Shown here: positions 1-13,217 of the stretch, one piece after another
Position numbering within the stretch: the first letter of the stretch is position 1
How the letters are laid out: the number at the start of each line of letters is the position of its first letter
Source of the DNA: Psilocybe cubensis
Taxonomy: Eukaryota
Assembly (NCBI GenBank): GCA_017499595.2
Contig: CM039003.1
Span: 1,860,001-1,924,000 of the forward strand
Direction of reading: 5' to 3'
DNA: 64,000 nt
Notes under the pieces: generated by a model
What the model was told of the DNA's origin: nothing
Seen by the model: the letters and a program-made list of their open reading frames with translations, nothing else
The model's database searches: none
Translations under genes and position numbers: made by a program

Positions 1-267
1 ATGATAATATGTATGTATTATTATATCGGGAGAAATTTGTACGGAAGACAAGTAGAATATGATACGAAGCAGTTGATAAGACAGAATACTAACTGGATAT
101 TCAAAGATACAGGAAGCAGAGTACAAATGACACGAAGAAAGAACAAAAACATTGAAGTAATAGACTACGCGACGTATATGATACCAAAAAATAACAACAG
201 ATAGCAAGGAGAATGTAAATAATACCATAACTATGTGTATTAAAAGACATTAGGTTTAATGAAATAT

Positions 268-3200
268 TCAGTCTTCATCAAAACCTGCAAAGGACTCCTG
301 TTCTGCCTCTATGTCGCTGGTATCGTGTTCCGTACCGAACACAACGGCATACTGTATGTTGGTACACAGATGAAATGACCGTTCCTTCTCGTATTGAGTC
401 ATAGTGTACGCCACCATAACAAAGGAGTTAGGTGGAATCTCTCCGCGACGCCATCTAGGTAGCAATTCGTCTAACCGGTCGAGGTCAGTGTTGAAATTGA
501 AGGCATGGTTACGTGAATCATATATGGGAACTAATATATGACATTGTCAGTGGTTTGAAGCACATACAATGTTGATAACTTACTAGTGTCGGTTGAATCC
601 ATCATGGTCTTGAACCTGGTGCTTGATTTAAGTGCTTTTCGGCTTCCTCCTTGGAGTTTGGCATCTTTCTGTCCAGAAAGTATGCCGGGTGTCCTAGGAG
701 GTTTTGAAGGAGAGATTGATTCCCGCTCCGCTATTTGAGTGAGTGTCTGAGTGAGTACAAAAAGAAAAAAAAAAAAAAGTAAGCATATGTGCCCACTGAC
801 ATTTAACTCCCATAGTGCCAAAGGTGATTGCCTTATCACGGATAGAGGCTACCATAACCTGATGTCCGAACGCCATGCAAGCAAATCCAGCGAAGCGTTC
901 CCACTCCTGGTGCATCATGTGACCAGACAAAAATTTGTTACACAGTCCTTTGGATATCGGCTCCAATAGATACGAATCGCGGGTGAGAATTGCACTCAGG
1001 CAGATAGCAGGCACCGAGTTGCACTGCAAAGTGGCACGCTTACGATCGTTTCCCATATACAGGATGCTGACGTCCAGAGGCGAAACCCGCGAAGGATTGA
1101 TAAAGTTCTTGTTCCTTACAAAAGTCACAGCGTCATAAGCGTTTCTATATAACATAGTAGAGAGAGTAAGCAATACGCATCATTAAGTAAAGTATAGCAA
1201 AGGCTTTACGAAACTCACTCAAAATTCATCTCAGGGAAATTCTCACCGCAGAGAGAAAAAGAAACACAGTCGACTGGTGCCATGACATTAGGCGAGTTCC
1301 ATTGCTTGAGAATACCATGCCTTGAAATAGTCAAAACAAAACATCGATTATCTTAGAAGGTAAAAACTTACTGAAGATTGGGAAGGTCAACGTAAGTGCT
1401 TTCTAAAAGACTATCTTGTAAATCTGTCTTCGTAACTTCGCATTTCTTCGGCAGATGTCTTAAGGTCAGACACAAATCAAGTCAGACAACAGATTGAAGA
1501 TGACATATGGGTACGTTAACTTACTTGACCGAGAAGCGCATGGTATCCTCCATCAGAGCCGGCCCGTTCAATCCAAGACTGGGAGTTTTGTTCACAGGAC
1601 CGGCAGGCACAACATCCTTGAACTTGCGGGGAACTCGAACTGGAGTGACAGGTGTAGGGGGAGCTTCAACAGCGGCATTGATTGGAACAGCTGTCAAAGA
1701 AGATTGAAACTGCACTTGTCGAGTTTTTGGCTGTTCAGAAAGACTGGCCATAACCACATCAGAATGCGCGTCGATAGATTTGGCACTGTTGAATAAAGGT
1801 AGATAAAGACGATCACATATATTGGCATGACGGATATTTACCTTATTACAGACGCCTTAAATTGAACAGGGGGGTCCAAAGTCGAATGTTCGGTTTTAAG
1901 AGCATCTGCTTCACTGTACTTTTCATACGCATCATCGAGCGCTTTGAGCAACTTGCTAGAGGAAGGACCGCTGGGGAGAGCATTGGAAGATGGATAAGTG
2001 GTCTGATGCATTCGACTCTCTCTGACCGCGTGCCTGATCAAACCCGATTAAGAAGTGATAAAAGAAAAACACCACAAATGAACATTACTGACGCAAACAT
2101 CATAGCTTCATCTTCGTGAAGATCGATTGGACCGCTGGGAAGAACAATGCGAATGGATTTGCCTTTTCCTGGAATTCTGTAAATCAAGTTAAGTGATGCT
2201 CACGTAGACTTTTAGAGCATACACATACTTGGTGCCCAAAATGACTTCAGGTGACGGCAAGAAGGGGTTGATATCAGAATCAGCATCACCCTGCAAAGTA
2301 ATGGGTGGAGACAAAACAGCAGATCCAGAAATTTCAGACCCAATCTTCAGCGGAGACACCGACAGACTAAGAGCAGGACGTCAGTCAATCGCAATGTGGA
2401 ATAAAAGAGAACGGTACTCGCTCGATCGCAGCTTCCGAACGCCGAGCGGATCTACGAATCCCAACAGAGCCCTTCTTTGAAACGGATGATTTTCCTTTGT
2501 CTTTCTTTGTGGGGGTGGACGCAACGTTATCCGGTGCAAGAGGGATATGAACATCGACAGACTCTTTCTTAACCATAACTTCAGAGGGCAATACGGACGT
2601 GGGACGAGCAGATGCTTCTTGCTTTATGACAATGCCAGGCTCTTGTTTGATACGGACCGTTTGGGGCATTGTCTTCTGTGGCTTCTTGCCTTTCTGTTTA
2701 TTCGGTTTTGCTCTGACAGGAGCACGAATTGTAATACGCGGATGTGAGAACGTATGACATAATAACATAAAAGATGTAAATGATAAACATACCCGCTGGT
2801 AGGATGAACAGAGACCATTTCATCCGCGGATGAATCATCGACTAATATGGCATCACTAATACCCTTCTGATATCGGGCGTTGGCTCTGTTCAGAGTATCC
2901 AACGGTATTAAGCAGAACGAAATAATGGCGAGATTTGATACAAGCAGTAAAACTTACGAATTATCGACGACTCGAATGACTTCGACCGAAGAATCACTCG
3001 AGTAAGATACGTGATTGACAGTCGCATCAACGTTCGCGCTGACGGATGTACGACTCTTCTTCGGAGGGGAAATTCGGGCTCTGAGGTAAATATATAACAA
3101 AACCAAAATATCAGCATAACATAAGGGTTATCAGATTGCAATTTCACTAACGGCAACTCCTCATCGGAACAAACGAGCGCAGCATCTTCGATATCGCGTT

Positions 3201-3766
3201 TCCTATAACGACAATAAAGTAGTCAAAACAAAAGAAAAAAAGTGCGGAATGTGCAGCTAAAATCATACAAGCCACTTGTTGACCTGGTCTTCCTAACAAA
3301 ATTGTCCAACGCATCTGATCCGCTGCAATACAGAGATAAGAAAACGGAAGGAACGCATGTAAACGACGTGCGTGATTGAAGACACAGGGTAAGATAGTAT
3401 GGGATACACGTACGCAACAGTCTTGTTCCCCGGTTTGACGACCTTTGCGGCAGCAATGCGAGAGGCGACGCTGTCTAACGGTCCGTCATCAGAGTCAGTG
3501 GCAACAGAAAAAGAATCTTCTTTGTTGTCGGGTTTGACGTGGATTATGACGTTGCGAATGCCTTTTGCAGGACGATGTCTGTTACAACGCACAACGTTTA
3601 AAATCATAAACTGTACATAGAATAACATGGAACGGCTTACTTGTATTCAGCAGAGGGCGAGCGATCACCAGCAACCACATCGGCATATGTAGGCTTGGGA
3701 GAAGCAGGAGCATAAGCAGAGTTGATGGAAACCATAATGTGATTGAAACGATAAAGAGACTTAGGA
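268..3766 (-). CDS. Multi-exon hypothetical protein: low-complexity N-terminus, conserved-looking C-terminal domain (possibly OB-fold-like, mobile-element cargo)
   Basis: Chain of minus-strand ORF pieces (3637-3870, 3293-3628, 2385-2768, 1838-2041, 1521-1757, 694-1173, 268-465) separated by short intron-like gaps. The C-terminal segments FINPSRVSP...WERFAGF...EIPPNSFVMVAYT...NIQYAVVFG read as real coding sequence. Start and exon limits are approximate. Confidence 0.55.
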
Positions 3767-4753
3767 ATACTGTAGATGATAGAGCTCGAGGCAGGTAGAG
3801 CGTCGAAGATGGAAAGCACTAAACAAAAAAAAACCAAGGTTTTATAGAAAAGGTTATGAGACAGCATCACAAGAATTCAACATGATAAATACTACTTGGA
3901 GAAACATGAAAAACAGAGAAAAAGGATAATAAAATCCATGAGTTGATACGGAGTAGAAAAATGCAAAGACTAACGCTCGGTACGATAGAAAGCGATGAGT
4001 GGAAACGCCTTTAGCGAATACCATACACACTCCCGAAGCCACTGAGACAAGCAAGTCAGCACGAATAAGATATTACGCGTGATGAGCGTACCAAGAGCAA
4101 ACACCATTGTACAGGAGCGATTGCCTTAAGGGATTAAAGACGCCAAAAAAAATGATGGACCAAAATTTGATGTAAAAAAAAAGCCGACAGATGATGGTCG
4201 CACTACGCATAAAAACACGAAAAAGGTGAACTAGGCGAAGCGACACGTTGATGAGCAAAGGCAAAGAGCAAGCAAAGCAAGAGGAGCTCCATGAAACGAG
4301 AAAAGTAGGCACTCGGTACACCAAATCAAGTTAAAGAACAAATGCAATTTAATGAAGCGCGTCATATGAGGAGACGACAACACCATAGATGAACAACCGA
4401 CCTAATGCCGCGGTCGAGAACAGGAACACCAGGGAAGAGGAACATATGAGAGCGAAGTAGACAGGGTCAAAACGGCGCCGATAGCGAATAAGCAAGGAGG
4501 AAAAATATATGAAAATTTTACAAAATGATCGGTGGTAACAACAACCGGAGAGGAGACAAAACATTAACAACCAGTACGAACCAAGCACGACGATGAGAAC
4601 GGAACAGTAGCAGATTTCGGACAGAAACGGAAAGATTACACAAGAGGGACACACGAATACGAGTCGGAAAGCGAGAAACATCATAAAACCAAACGGTCAA
4701 ACAAGGCCAAAAAAAAAAAAAAGTGAAACAGAATCCCACCCTCAACCAATTGC

Positions 4754-5885
4754 ATGGACCCAAACTATAACCAATACGCTGCGCAGGCCCTCATGGACCA
4801 AGGGTACTGCGACGCCCGAAAATCGATACACGATGCTATGCCGGTGGTAGACTTTCAGGTATTTTACATATTCATATGGATGGACGAACATACTGACGAT
4901 TCCAAAAACACGATTGACAGCTCGAAGATCATAGAGTGGTCTACGTAGAACAACCTCGCTCGTGGAGAATTACACGAACGAATTCCACTGAAGAACAAAA
5001 CTTCTACGTGTACGGCGCAATATGCAGAAACGAATTGCCGCCTATTAAATTAAGGTAAATGATATAACTATATATACAAAATGCATACCCAACTGACCCA
5101 ATCGTAGTGACGCAACACCGTCTATGAAGAAGAAAGCGATATATCTTCGACAGGGAGTTAGAATTACCGGACTGCGGAGCAACGGATTCAACGACGATGC
5201 GGTTAGTATAAAGCATGTACACGAGATGATGAAGACATACCTCAAAAAGGAAGACATAGAGGTAAAGCCGTGGAACTTAAGCATGTACGAAGGTCATTGG
5301 GCGGTCGACGCAAGTACGCGTTACTTCACACCTAGAAAGCATGCGCCGACAGAAGCAGGACTGGCGTTCGATATGGGTGTAGATCCAGACGGCGTGTTGG
5401 CGCACATGAGAGGAGACGATCTCATACACACCATGGACAACAAGGTCGACTATTTGCGAGAAGTCAAAAACGATAACGGTACAAGGTGAGCTTTGTGGTA
5501 CATCTCATACACAGCGGCATACTAACAGTATCCGATCAATGACTCAGCACATCGCGTGTGGTTCCCAGCGTGTTCAAAGTTGGAGACATAGTCCGAGCGA
5601 CCATAGCATTCATAGGAGTGATGCACAAAGACAAAGCTGTCGCGATGACCACAGTTCTGAGAGCGCTTACGCTCATACATGATGTGGTTAGTGAGGCAAG
5701 CATGTTCAGGGAAAATGAATAACACTGACCTCACAAACAGCAAGACGTACGAAATGGCCCAGCAGAGTTCATAGAGAATGACGCAGAAATCGCGAAGATA
5801 CCCGTCATGAAGCGCCGTCGAGTGTATGACGAAGATAGAGAAGTAAGACAAAAGATGGAGGACATGACCATACACAGAGAATAGA
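4754..5885 (+). CDS. Multi-exon hypothetical protein
   Basis: ATG at 4754, GT-AG introns near 4859, 5055, 5485 and 5695, coding piece 5124-5489 (YFTPRKHAPT...VDPDGVL...HTMDNKVDY). End approximate. Confidence 0.5.
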
Positions 5886-6501
5886 AGAGAAATGAATATC
5901 TTATATTAAAAACATTAGTTGTTAGTATATAACTGCACATTACGCTGACAGAAAGACATAAACAGTTGAAAGACTACATGGCTATCAGGATGGAATCTTC
6001 ACATCAACATCATTTAGAGCGCGATAAAGCAGATAAAGCAGTAGACATATCCACGAGAAATAGACGGCCTAACAGAGACGCATATTGAGGCAGCTTATGC
6101 ACAATAAGTACAGACAAGTACATAAAAATATGGTACTGTAGCGAAAACAAAGGAAAGGAATCAAATATAACGACAACGCGCACAGACGGCAACTAACATA
6201 GAGGATGAGGAAGAGAGAGAGAAAAGGGGAAACAGTCTCACGGTGCGGCATAAACGAGCAGCTCGCGAAAAAATTTCGGCAATAAGCGAATGAACAAAAG
6301 ATCAGAATACATAAGCAGAACATTCATTTTGGGAAATAAATTCCCGCGGAAACGCATACCTGACATTGGCCACCTGAGAAAGGCCTGGGAAAAAGAACGA
6401 GTCTATACTCCGTATAGGACTCGTAACTACCACCATTGGATTAGGGACCGCCAAGACTGTCGTGACACAGAAAGGCGGCACAATAGTGTCCACGACGCTG
6501 G

Positions 6502-7605
6502 AATGGGTGGCAGGGACAGCTCTTTCGGTGATGTACGCAACTTTTTCATCGGTATGATTACCACCCCAATTGCATTTCTACTAACGTTGTATATGAGCCA
6601 GTTTCCTCTGTCTTGGTGCCTACGAGTCCGCGGAGGAGGATAATGTTCCCTCTTATTTAGCCTGGCTATTCAAACCGGACTGCGTCGACCTCATCTGGAG
6701 ATTCCTTGCACTATTCGCCATCGAACGTCCGGAATATACATCAGAGGAGGTCCCGGCTATCTCACATCCACAATCAACTTTCGCTGCGAACCCGAATGTT
6801 ACGCCGTATCGTATCCTCGTCTGCAGCGCAGTCGTTGCATTTGGGCTCTCGAAAGCTATGTTGGGGTACGCTAACCAGTCAACGGCGGCGACATGGTTGG
6901 ATTGGGCTGTAGCTGTGCCGGTGACCACGATGTATGTACGATTTTACGGTGCTTGAGCTTGAAATGGTGTCATAGCCGGGCTGAGCATGTTATTGCGACA
7001 GACTGTACATCCTGGGGCTTTACGAGTACAACGCGGCCATGATTTTTCCTGCGTTCTTCACTGGAGACCGCTCGGATATTCTGTATACAGGTCTGGAATA
7101 ACCTTTTGAACGCTGTTTAGGCATGAGCTAATGAGAATGCTCCAAACAATGCGATTATCCAGTTAACCGAGGGATGATGCTTATTCTAGGGATATCGTTC
7201 GCCTCTGGATGGACGGTACTTTGGACGTACATTCTCTATAGGTTCACGGTCGATCCAGAGTACGACTTTGGAGTGTTACCATCAGGCCAACCGCCGCGTA
7301 GCCTAGTAGAGTACGTCGACTCGTGGCAAGCACTGAGCCTGAAGCTTTGGTTGCAGGAGTGCTTTTTCGCGGCGATAGCTATAGGCTGTTTTTTGCTGTT
7401 GTTGCTCTTCAAATCCGTTGGGGATGCGGTTGTCTATCCGTTGACGGTGTTGTGGAAGAGAGTCCGTGTCGTTCGTCGGCCTGTTCGTGCATTGTTGCGC
7501 CGCATAGTACTCCCGTCGAGAATAAATGAAGAGCTGCCAGTTCCGACAGGGGAACCATCAATAGGTCCCAGTCGGGCATCTATAAAATCACGTCAGTACC
7601 TTTAG
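6502..7605 (+). CDS. Multi-exon hypothetical membrane protein
   Basis: Hydrophobic exons, e.g. 7174-7605 with several TM-like stretches, and GT..AG introns near 6552, 6931 and 7091. Start approximate. Confidence 0.45.
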
Positions 7606-9474
7606 ATCTTTCCTCTGACGGAAAATGGAGCGCTAACTAGGAGACGAACAAAACAAAAACTAGTATGCAAGCTTGCGGGCTACGTCGTTCTACAGCTGTC
7701 GGGTGCGATATTCACATTGACGATGTCATCTGCCTGCACGCTCTCTGGATTCCAGCTGGTACTGCAACGCTCCTGGACGGATCCTGTACTGATCCTCGTC
7801 TTGCCGATGTGGGTCTTCATGGGACTGTTGTTCGCCTGGGCCGCGTATAATTACTGCAGGTTGGCGATGGCTGCGAATATTATAGTAGTGCAGGGTGTAT
7901 AAAATTAATTGTATGCGTATTTTCTTCTTCTTCTTCTCTTTTTCTTTGGATACTTTGATCTATCGATACTAATTAGTTTGGTAGCAGATTTTATTTTTAT
8001 TTTAAGGTATTTTGGAAGAAAGAAAGGGGTTGGAGTCTATGGTTTTCAATGCGGTTTACGAGATGGTGATGACGAGCTCGGGCCATACGCGTTCGCGATA
8101 CCACGGTGGATGAGAACAAAAAGTTCGCAGTGCGAAGAACCCCTGTGACCACTCCTACTTAGCGAGGGATATACTTTTTATTTTTTGATAGGCGCCGAGC
8201 GGCACTCGGCTGTCTTTACGGAAATCCCTCACTGGCCAACGTTTGTCCTGCCATACGTGCGCACGCTCAATAAATTCGAACTGTACGACGGGCGTATATC
8301 GCCCATATCCCAAAAACGTCCCAGAAAGCCGTTGAGTCCCAAAAAGACTCTGATCGCAGCGGTCGCCGTCAAGTATACATACATACCATTCAGTCATTCA
8401 GAATGGTACTATTGCAGCCGTGCATAGGCGTTATAAATAAACCGCCATATGATGCCGGGACGCCAGATATATATGTGTATTTTTAAGTGGAGTGCTGTAC
8501 AGTTTACGGGGTAGAAGTTGACCTGATGCGAGGTTTGAGGATCGGACGGGGGGGTGATGCGATGATATTGTATTGTGATTGTGCACATCACGGACTCGAC
8601 TCGGGATTGATTGATTGCTTTTTGTCTTTGATTCTGTTGTCGGCGAGCTGTACATAGACGTTTGTCGAGATTTGTCTGGACCTTCTCGGTATGTCGGAGT
8701 TGAAAGATTGCCCAAGGCACGCAGCAGCGAAAGAGGAACAAAGCCAGGGGCGAACGTCTTTTCAAAGAACAAAGTCAAAAGCAATTTGCATGTGCATTGA
8801 GGAACGGGTTCGGCAAGGGCTGTCAATGAACCTTGATTCTGAAATGCATTTCGCGGAGTCGCATCACGGCTTATCATGATCATTTCTTCATGCAGAACAA
8901 AGCTCATAGCGCAAAGCCGCGTTATCTTCTCCTTTTTCTCCCATCGACATCAGAAAAGTAAGCAACAGAGCTTTGTGGGGTGAGAAATAACATCGTGGAG
9001 GAGATCAGAGAAATTACAACGTGTTTGTTGTAGATGAAACCCGTGTGTCGCACGAAAGGCAGAGACGGGGTGTATGGTGGGAAGAAAGAGAGGATATGTC
9101 GAGGAGCGCGTGGTTCTGCCATTATTCCATACGCGCAACAGTATCAGAAACGTCAGCCCCTGTTCGCTGTTTGATTTGTTGTTTTGATGAATGTTCAACG
9201 TTCAGGAATAATGACGACTTGAAGGATGCAGCGAGGCGGTGGACGTGCGCTAAGAGAGGGCGCTAGGCGCTTAGACTAGACTAGGCACCCACAAACAATA
9301 AACAATCGCACAGCAGCGCGGGGTTTTGGACTAGACTCGCGGCGGAGCACTTTAGGCTGCCCCCCGGGAGTCGGTGTGGCGGTGTGGTTTTAATAAAGGC
9401 GGCACTGGCACTGCCCTGGTAAATTCCCACGGGTCGTTTAAACCAGACCAAACGATCAACGATCGTCATCGCCC

Positions 9475-10986
9475 ATGGCGGAGCCCTCGACGAGCACTAG
9501 CGCTAGCGCGAAAAAGGACAAGGAGGGCAAGGACGGGGAGGCGGAGGCGGAGGCTAATGAGCGGAGTCTCCGGGACCATATCCTGGAGGCGCTGGCGGGG
9601 GTGCCGGGGACGCGGGACTTTCACCTGCACGTCCTGGTGTCGTCGCCGCGCAAGGCGGGGACGAATATATCTGTGAGCGGGACGACGACGACGACGACGA
9701 CGGTGTTTCCGTTTGCGAAGCCGCGGCCACCGCGCATATATGTGCAGGATATCCTGCTGTTGCTTTCTGAGCAGGTGGCAGACGGGCCGAGGGTGCTGGT
9801 GAGCGCTGTGGAGGCGTACACGTATGTGGTGCCGAGCACGGAGTGTGTGGTGTTGTATGTGAGCAAGGTGGACTCGACGGGGCATGGTGCGCGCGGGGAG
9901 ATGCCGTCGCCTACGCGAACGCTGGTGCAGGCGCTGCTGGGGTATTACTTGGACCCAGAGACGCGTCCTGTGGAGGCGCGACACGTGTGGGTGCAGCTGT
10001 TTGCGCGGGCGCAGACGCAGTACCTGTTCCCAAACTCTGGGGAGTGGGAGGGCAAAAAGCCACTGAGCGACAAGCGACTGTGTTTGTGGTGGCGACGAGT
10101 GCTGGGAGAGGCGGCGAGGGCGGTGGGGAAGAAGGAGGGCGTGCGGACCAAGATGTACTATGTGCTGCCTGGGTACAGCGCGGAGGAGGCGGCGCATGCG
10201 CTGGGGGGCGCGGGGGAGGGGTGGATGTACGGGCACCCGTACGCGCAGAAAGAGATCCCGCTGCCGTGCGCGCGGCCGAGCGAAGGACACAACCTGGGCC
10301 ACTACATCCCGTCGTTTGAGGACGACCCAAAGGCGCGATTCATGGACGAGATGGCGTACACGACGGACGGGGAGATCCGGTCGCCGGTGCGGAAGCGGGC
10401 GCGGACAGAGACAGGGACGACGGCGCACACTACGGAGGACAGCCGGCCGCTGGGTGAGCTGAGCACGGTCGGGGTGGATGAGTTTTGGGAGCGCATGTCG
10501 TTTCGGCAAGAGTGTGTGGCGGGAGCGGTCACGGGGTTCTTTACGGTGCTGGTATCGAGCGGGTGCAAGAAGCGGGCAGGGGGGCCACTTGCGCCGGGGC
10601 GGGGGCAGGTGTCTGTTGGACTGAAGAAGCGGGTGCTGTCGACGCTGATGACAGGGGTCGAGTTTTCGACTGCAGAGCGGGCGATTGCAGCAACAGAGAC
10701 GGTGGAGGGCGCGATCCGGGGCTTGTGCGAGGACATGAGCCGGGCACGGACGCCGCCACCAAGGACGAACAGACGGCTGCTGGAGCCGCCCAAGACGCCG
10801 CCTCGGAAGCGGGGGCTGGCGGAGGAGGTGTCGCCGAATCCGTTCCCGGAGCCGGTTGCGTCGGTGTCCACTTACAGAGAGTCTATTTACGGGCTAGTGA
10901 GTACGCGCAATGCAGTGGCGGGGCGTTCTGAAAGCGCTGCAGGAGCAGTTCGGATGCTCACGGTGCGTCGGAAAAAGAAAGGATAG
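9475..10986 (+). CDS. RTT109: Histone H3K56 acetyltransferase Rtt109 (KAT11)
   Basis: 503-aa single-exon ORF with Rtt109 motifs YVSKVDSTG, LFARAQTQYLFPNS, LSDKRLCLWW, IPSFEDDPKARF and FWERMSFRQEC..G..TGF. Confidence 0.92.
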   Translation: MAEPSTSTSASAKKDKEGKDGEAEAEANERSLRDHILEALAGVPGTRDFHLHVLVSSPRKAGTNISVSGTTTTTTTVFPFAKPRPPRIYVQDILLLLSEQVADGPRVLVSAVEAYTYVVPSTECVVLYVSKVDSTGHGARGEMPSPTRTLVQALLGYYLDPETRPVEARHVWVQLFARAQTQYLFPNSGEWEGKKPLSDKRLCLWWRRVLGEAARAVGKKEGVRTKMYYVLPGYSAEEAAHALGGAGEGWMYGHPYAQKEIPLPCARPSEGHNLGHYIPSFEDDPKARFMDEMAYTTDGEIRSPVRKRARTETGTTAHTTEDSRPLGELSTVGVDEFWERMSFRQECVAGAVTGFFTVLVSSGCKKRAGGPLAPGRGQVSVGLKKRVLSTLMTGVEFSTAERAIAATETVEGAIRGLCEDMSRARTPPPRTNRRLLEPPKTPPRKRGLAEEVSPNPFPEPVASVSTYRESIYGLVSTRNAVAGRSESAAGAVRMLTVRRKKKG

Positions 10987-11084
10987 AGCACAGCATGTAT
11001 TTTTAAATAGAGACAAGGGGCGTTGTTTGAGTTGATCGAGGTGAAATTTAATTAAGGGCTGCTTGTTGTTGTGACTTGTCCCCC

Positions 11085-13217
11085 ATGTCGACCGTGAATT
11101 CTCTGCCCTCGTTTGCACAGGCATTCAGCAGCCACATCGACGGCAATGCTCTTCCCCCTATTCTCATGCATCCATCCAAGAAGCGCACCAGTGACGAGTA
11201 TGTTTTTCCATCTTTCTTTTCTTTCTTTTGGCTCATCTTTCCCAGTGTCCGCGTCAAGGACGAGTCTCCCCCGCCAGATGATCTCCCTAACCAGGACCCC
11301 TCTCCCTCTCCCTCCAGCACTGTCCCTCTGAAAAAGCGCCGCGTCACTCTCAGCGGCCCCACCGCGCCCCATCCCCTCCACATCGACACCACCGCCCCCG
11401 CCCCTCCCCCGCCCTCCCACCAGCAGCGCAACGACCATGCCGCCTCCACTCCCATCTCCCCCGTCGTCATGGGATTCACCATCCAGCGCGACAATCCCGA
11501 CGCCATCGAGCAGGTCCGCTCCATGATCTCTCTCAAGCAGAAGCAAAAGGCCCTCATCGAGGAGCGCCGTGGCAGCGCAGCCGGCATCCTCTCTCCTACT
11601 GCTACCAATCCCCCGCCGAATCCTCTCCAGTCTGACCGCACCCGCCGCAGCCCCAACAATCAATCCAGGCGCCCGCCCCGCCCCGCCAGTCCACAGCCGA
11701 CTCCTATGCAGATCCAGCAGCAGCAGCAGCAGCAATCTCTTCATCCCCAATCGCAGTCATCCCAACCCCAACCACCCCCGCCGCCTCAGCACTCCCTTCC
11801 CCCGCCCCCAATCAGCTTCGCACGCCGCCGCGCGGCTCTCTTGGGCGGCAAAAAGAAGCCCGCAGACATTGTCATCAGTCCCCGCGAGGCCCATACCCGC
11901 GACCAGCTCGCTCCTGCCATCCAGAGCGCACCTCCAGTCCCTCATGCAGGCGGTCAATCTGCCTTTTACACTGGTCGTTTCCAGATGGCTCTCCCCCGTC
12001 TCCCCAATCTCGCTCCAGACGGTAACCATGGCCCCTCTGTCCGCCGCATCGCAAGCAACGTGCCCCCAACTCCCACCCGCCTCGCCCTCCACCAGCAGCA
12101 GGCCCATGGGAATCCTTCTGCGTCTTCTTTGATGGTGCAGCAACAGCAGCAAATACCCACCCGTTCTCCTCCTGCTGCCTCCATCCCCATCGCCACTTCT
12201 CTCTCCTCTGCCGCCTCCATACCCATTGCCTCCTCTCTCGTACCCCCAACCCCTACTGCACTCCACAGACCCGGCTATGGTGGCGACAAGGCTGCTTTTC
12301 TCGCCCCCTTTGAGGTTTTCTACGACGCACTCGCAGACTCGAAGCAGCTCAAATCCTGGCTTGCCGAGCAGCTTGCCAAGAGCACCGCGCTCGCTCAGGG
12401 GCTCGCTCAGCAGCAGGATCGCATGCAGGAGCTCGTAGACAGCGCAGTCGAGAAGCGCGTTAGCGGTCTCAAAGCCGAGATGGCCGTACTCAGGAGGCGC
12501 GTCGAAGACCTCGAAGGCGCTCTGCGCGTGTCGCAGCCTCAGCAAGGGTATGCTATGGCAAGGAGGGGCAGCATTGACCCAGCGATCTACAAAAACGGCA
12601 TGAGCATGGGTGCACCAGAGCCGTACACTTTCCCGCCCATCGCGTCCTCGGCCTCTGCGTCTGCAGCCGAGGGCAGCTCGGGCTCGTCGCGCTTGCGATT
12701 GGAGAGGCCCGAGTCGACTAGGCGGCTGTCGTCGCCTGGCTGGGCGCAGGAGAACGGAAGCGCTTCTGGATCCGGCGCGGGTGCGGGTGCTTCTGGAGGC
12801 GCGTCGACGCCGCGTGGCGGCGGCGGCGCTAGTGGAAGCGGCAATTCGACCAGTATGAGAAGCCCGCCCCATGTTTATCGGGAGCGCGAGCGTGAGCGTG
12901 AGAGGGAAAGGGAGTGGGAGAGGGAGAGAGAGGGATCAAATGGGAGTCGGCCTCCGCCGCTGAGTCGACAGGGCTCGTCGCATTCCGTGCCCATGGTCGT
13001 CGTTACAAGCGAGAGGGAGCGCGAGAGGGACGCAGAGCGTGAGAGAGAACGGGACAGGGAATACGAGCGTGAGCGCGAGCGCGACAGAGACAGGGAGCGG
13101 GAACGAGAGCGGGAACGGGAACGAGAAAGAGACAACCAGACGCGACGCGCAGAGAGTCGGCGCAACTCTATCGTCATGGCCGGCCCAGACGAGGAAGAAC
13201 GCGAACGTGCCAGTTAA
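11085..13217 (+). CDS. Low-complexity Pro/Gln-rich protein with coiled coil and C-terminal Arg-Glu dipeptide repeats (probable nuclear regulator)
   Basis: Long ORF from ATG 11085, probably with a short in-frame intron at ~11198-11245 (gtatgt...cccag). Contains NLS-like LKKRR, a helical segment KAAFLAPFEVFYDALADSKQLK...VEDLE, and (RE)n tracts. Confidence 0.75.
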   Translation: MSTVNSLPSFAQAFSSHIDGNALPPILMHPSKKRTSDEYVFPSFFSFFWLIFPSVRVKDESPPPDDLPNQDPSPSPSSTVPLKKRRVTLSGPTAPHPLHIDTTAPAPPPPSHQQRNDHAASTPISPVVMGFTIQRDNPDAIEQVRSMISLKQKQKALIEERRGSAAGILSPTATNPPPNPLQSDRTRRSPNNQSRRPPRPASPQPTPMQIQQQQQQQSLHPQSQSSQPQPPPPPQHSLPPPPISFARRRAALLGGKKKPADIVISPREAHTRDQLAPAIQSAPPVPHAGGQSAFYTGRFQMALPRLPNLAPDGNHGPSVRRIASNVPPTPTRLALHQQQAHGNPSASSLMVQQQQQIPTRSPPAASIPIATSLSSAASIPIASSLVPPTPTALHRPGYGGDKAAFLAPFEVFYDALADSKQLKSWLAEQLAKSTALAQGLAQQQDRMQELVDSAVEKRVSGLKAEMAVLRRRVEDLEGALRVSQPQQGYAMARRGSIDPAIYKNGMSMGAPEPYTFPPIASSASASAAEGSSGSSRLRLERPESTRRLSSPGWAQENGSASGSGAGAGASGGASTPRGGGGASGSGNSTSMRSPPHVYREREREREREREWEREREGSNGSRPPPLSRQGSSHSVPMVVVTSERERERDAERERERDREYERERERDRDRERERERERERERDNQTRRAESRRNSIVMAGPDEEERERAS
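12880..13135 (+). repeat. Coding GA-rich microsatellite-like tracts encoding (RE/RD)n
   Basis: gagcgcgagcgtgag... runs translate as REREREREREREWERERE and ERERERDRDRERERERERERERD. Confidence 0.85.
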
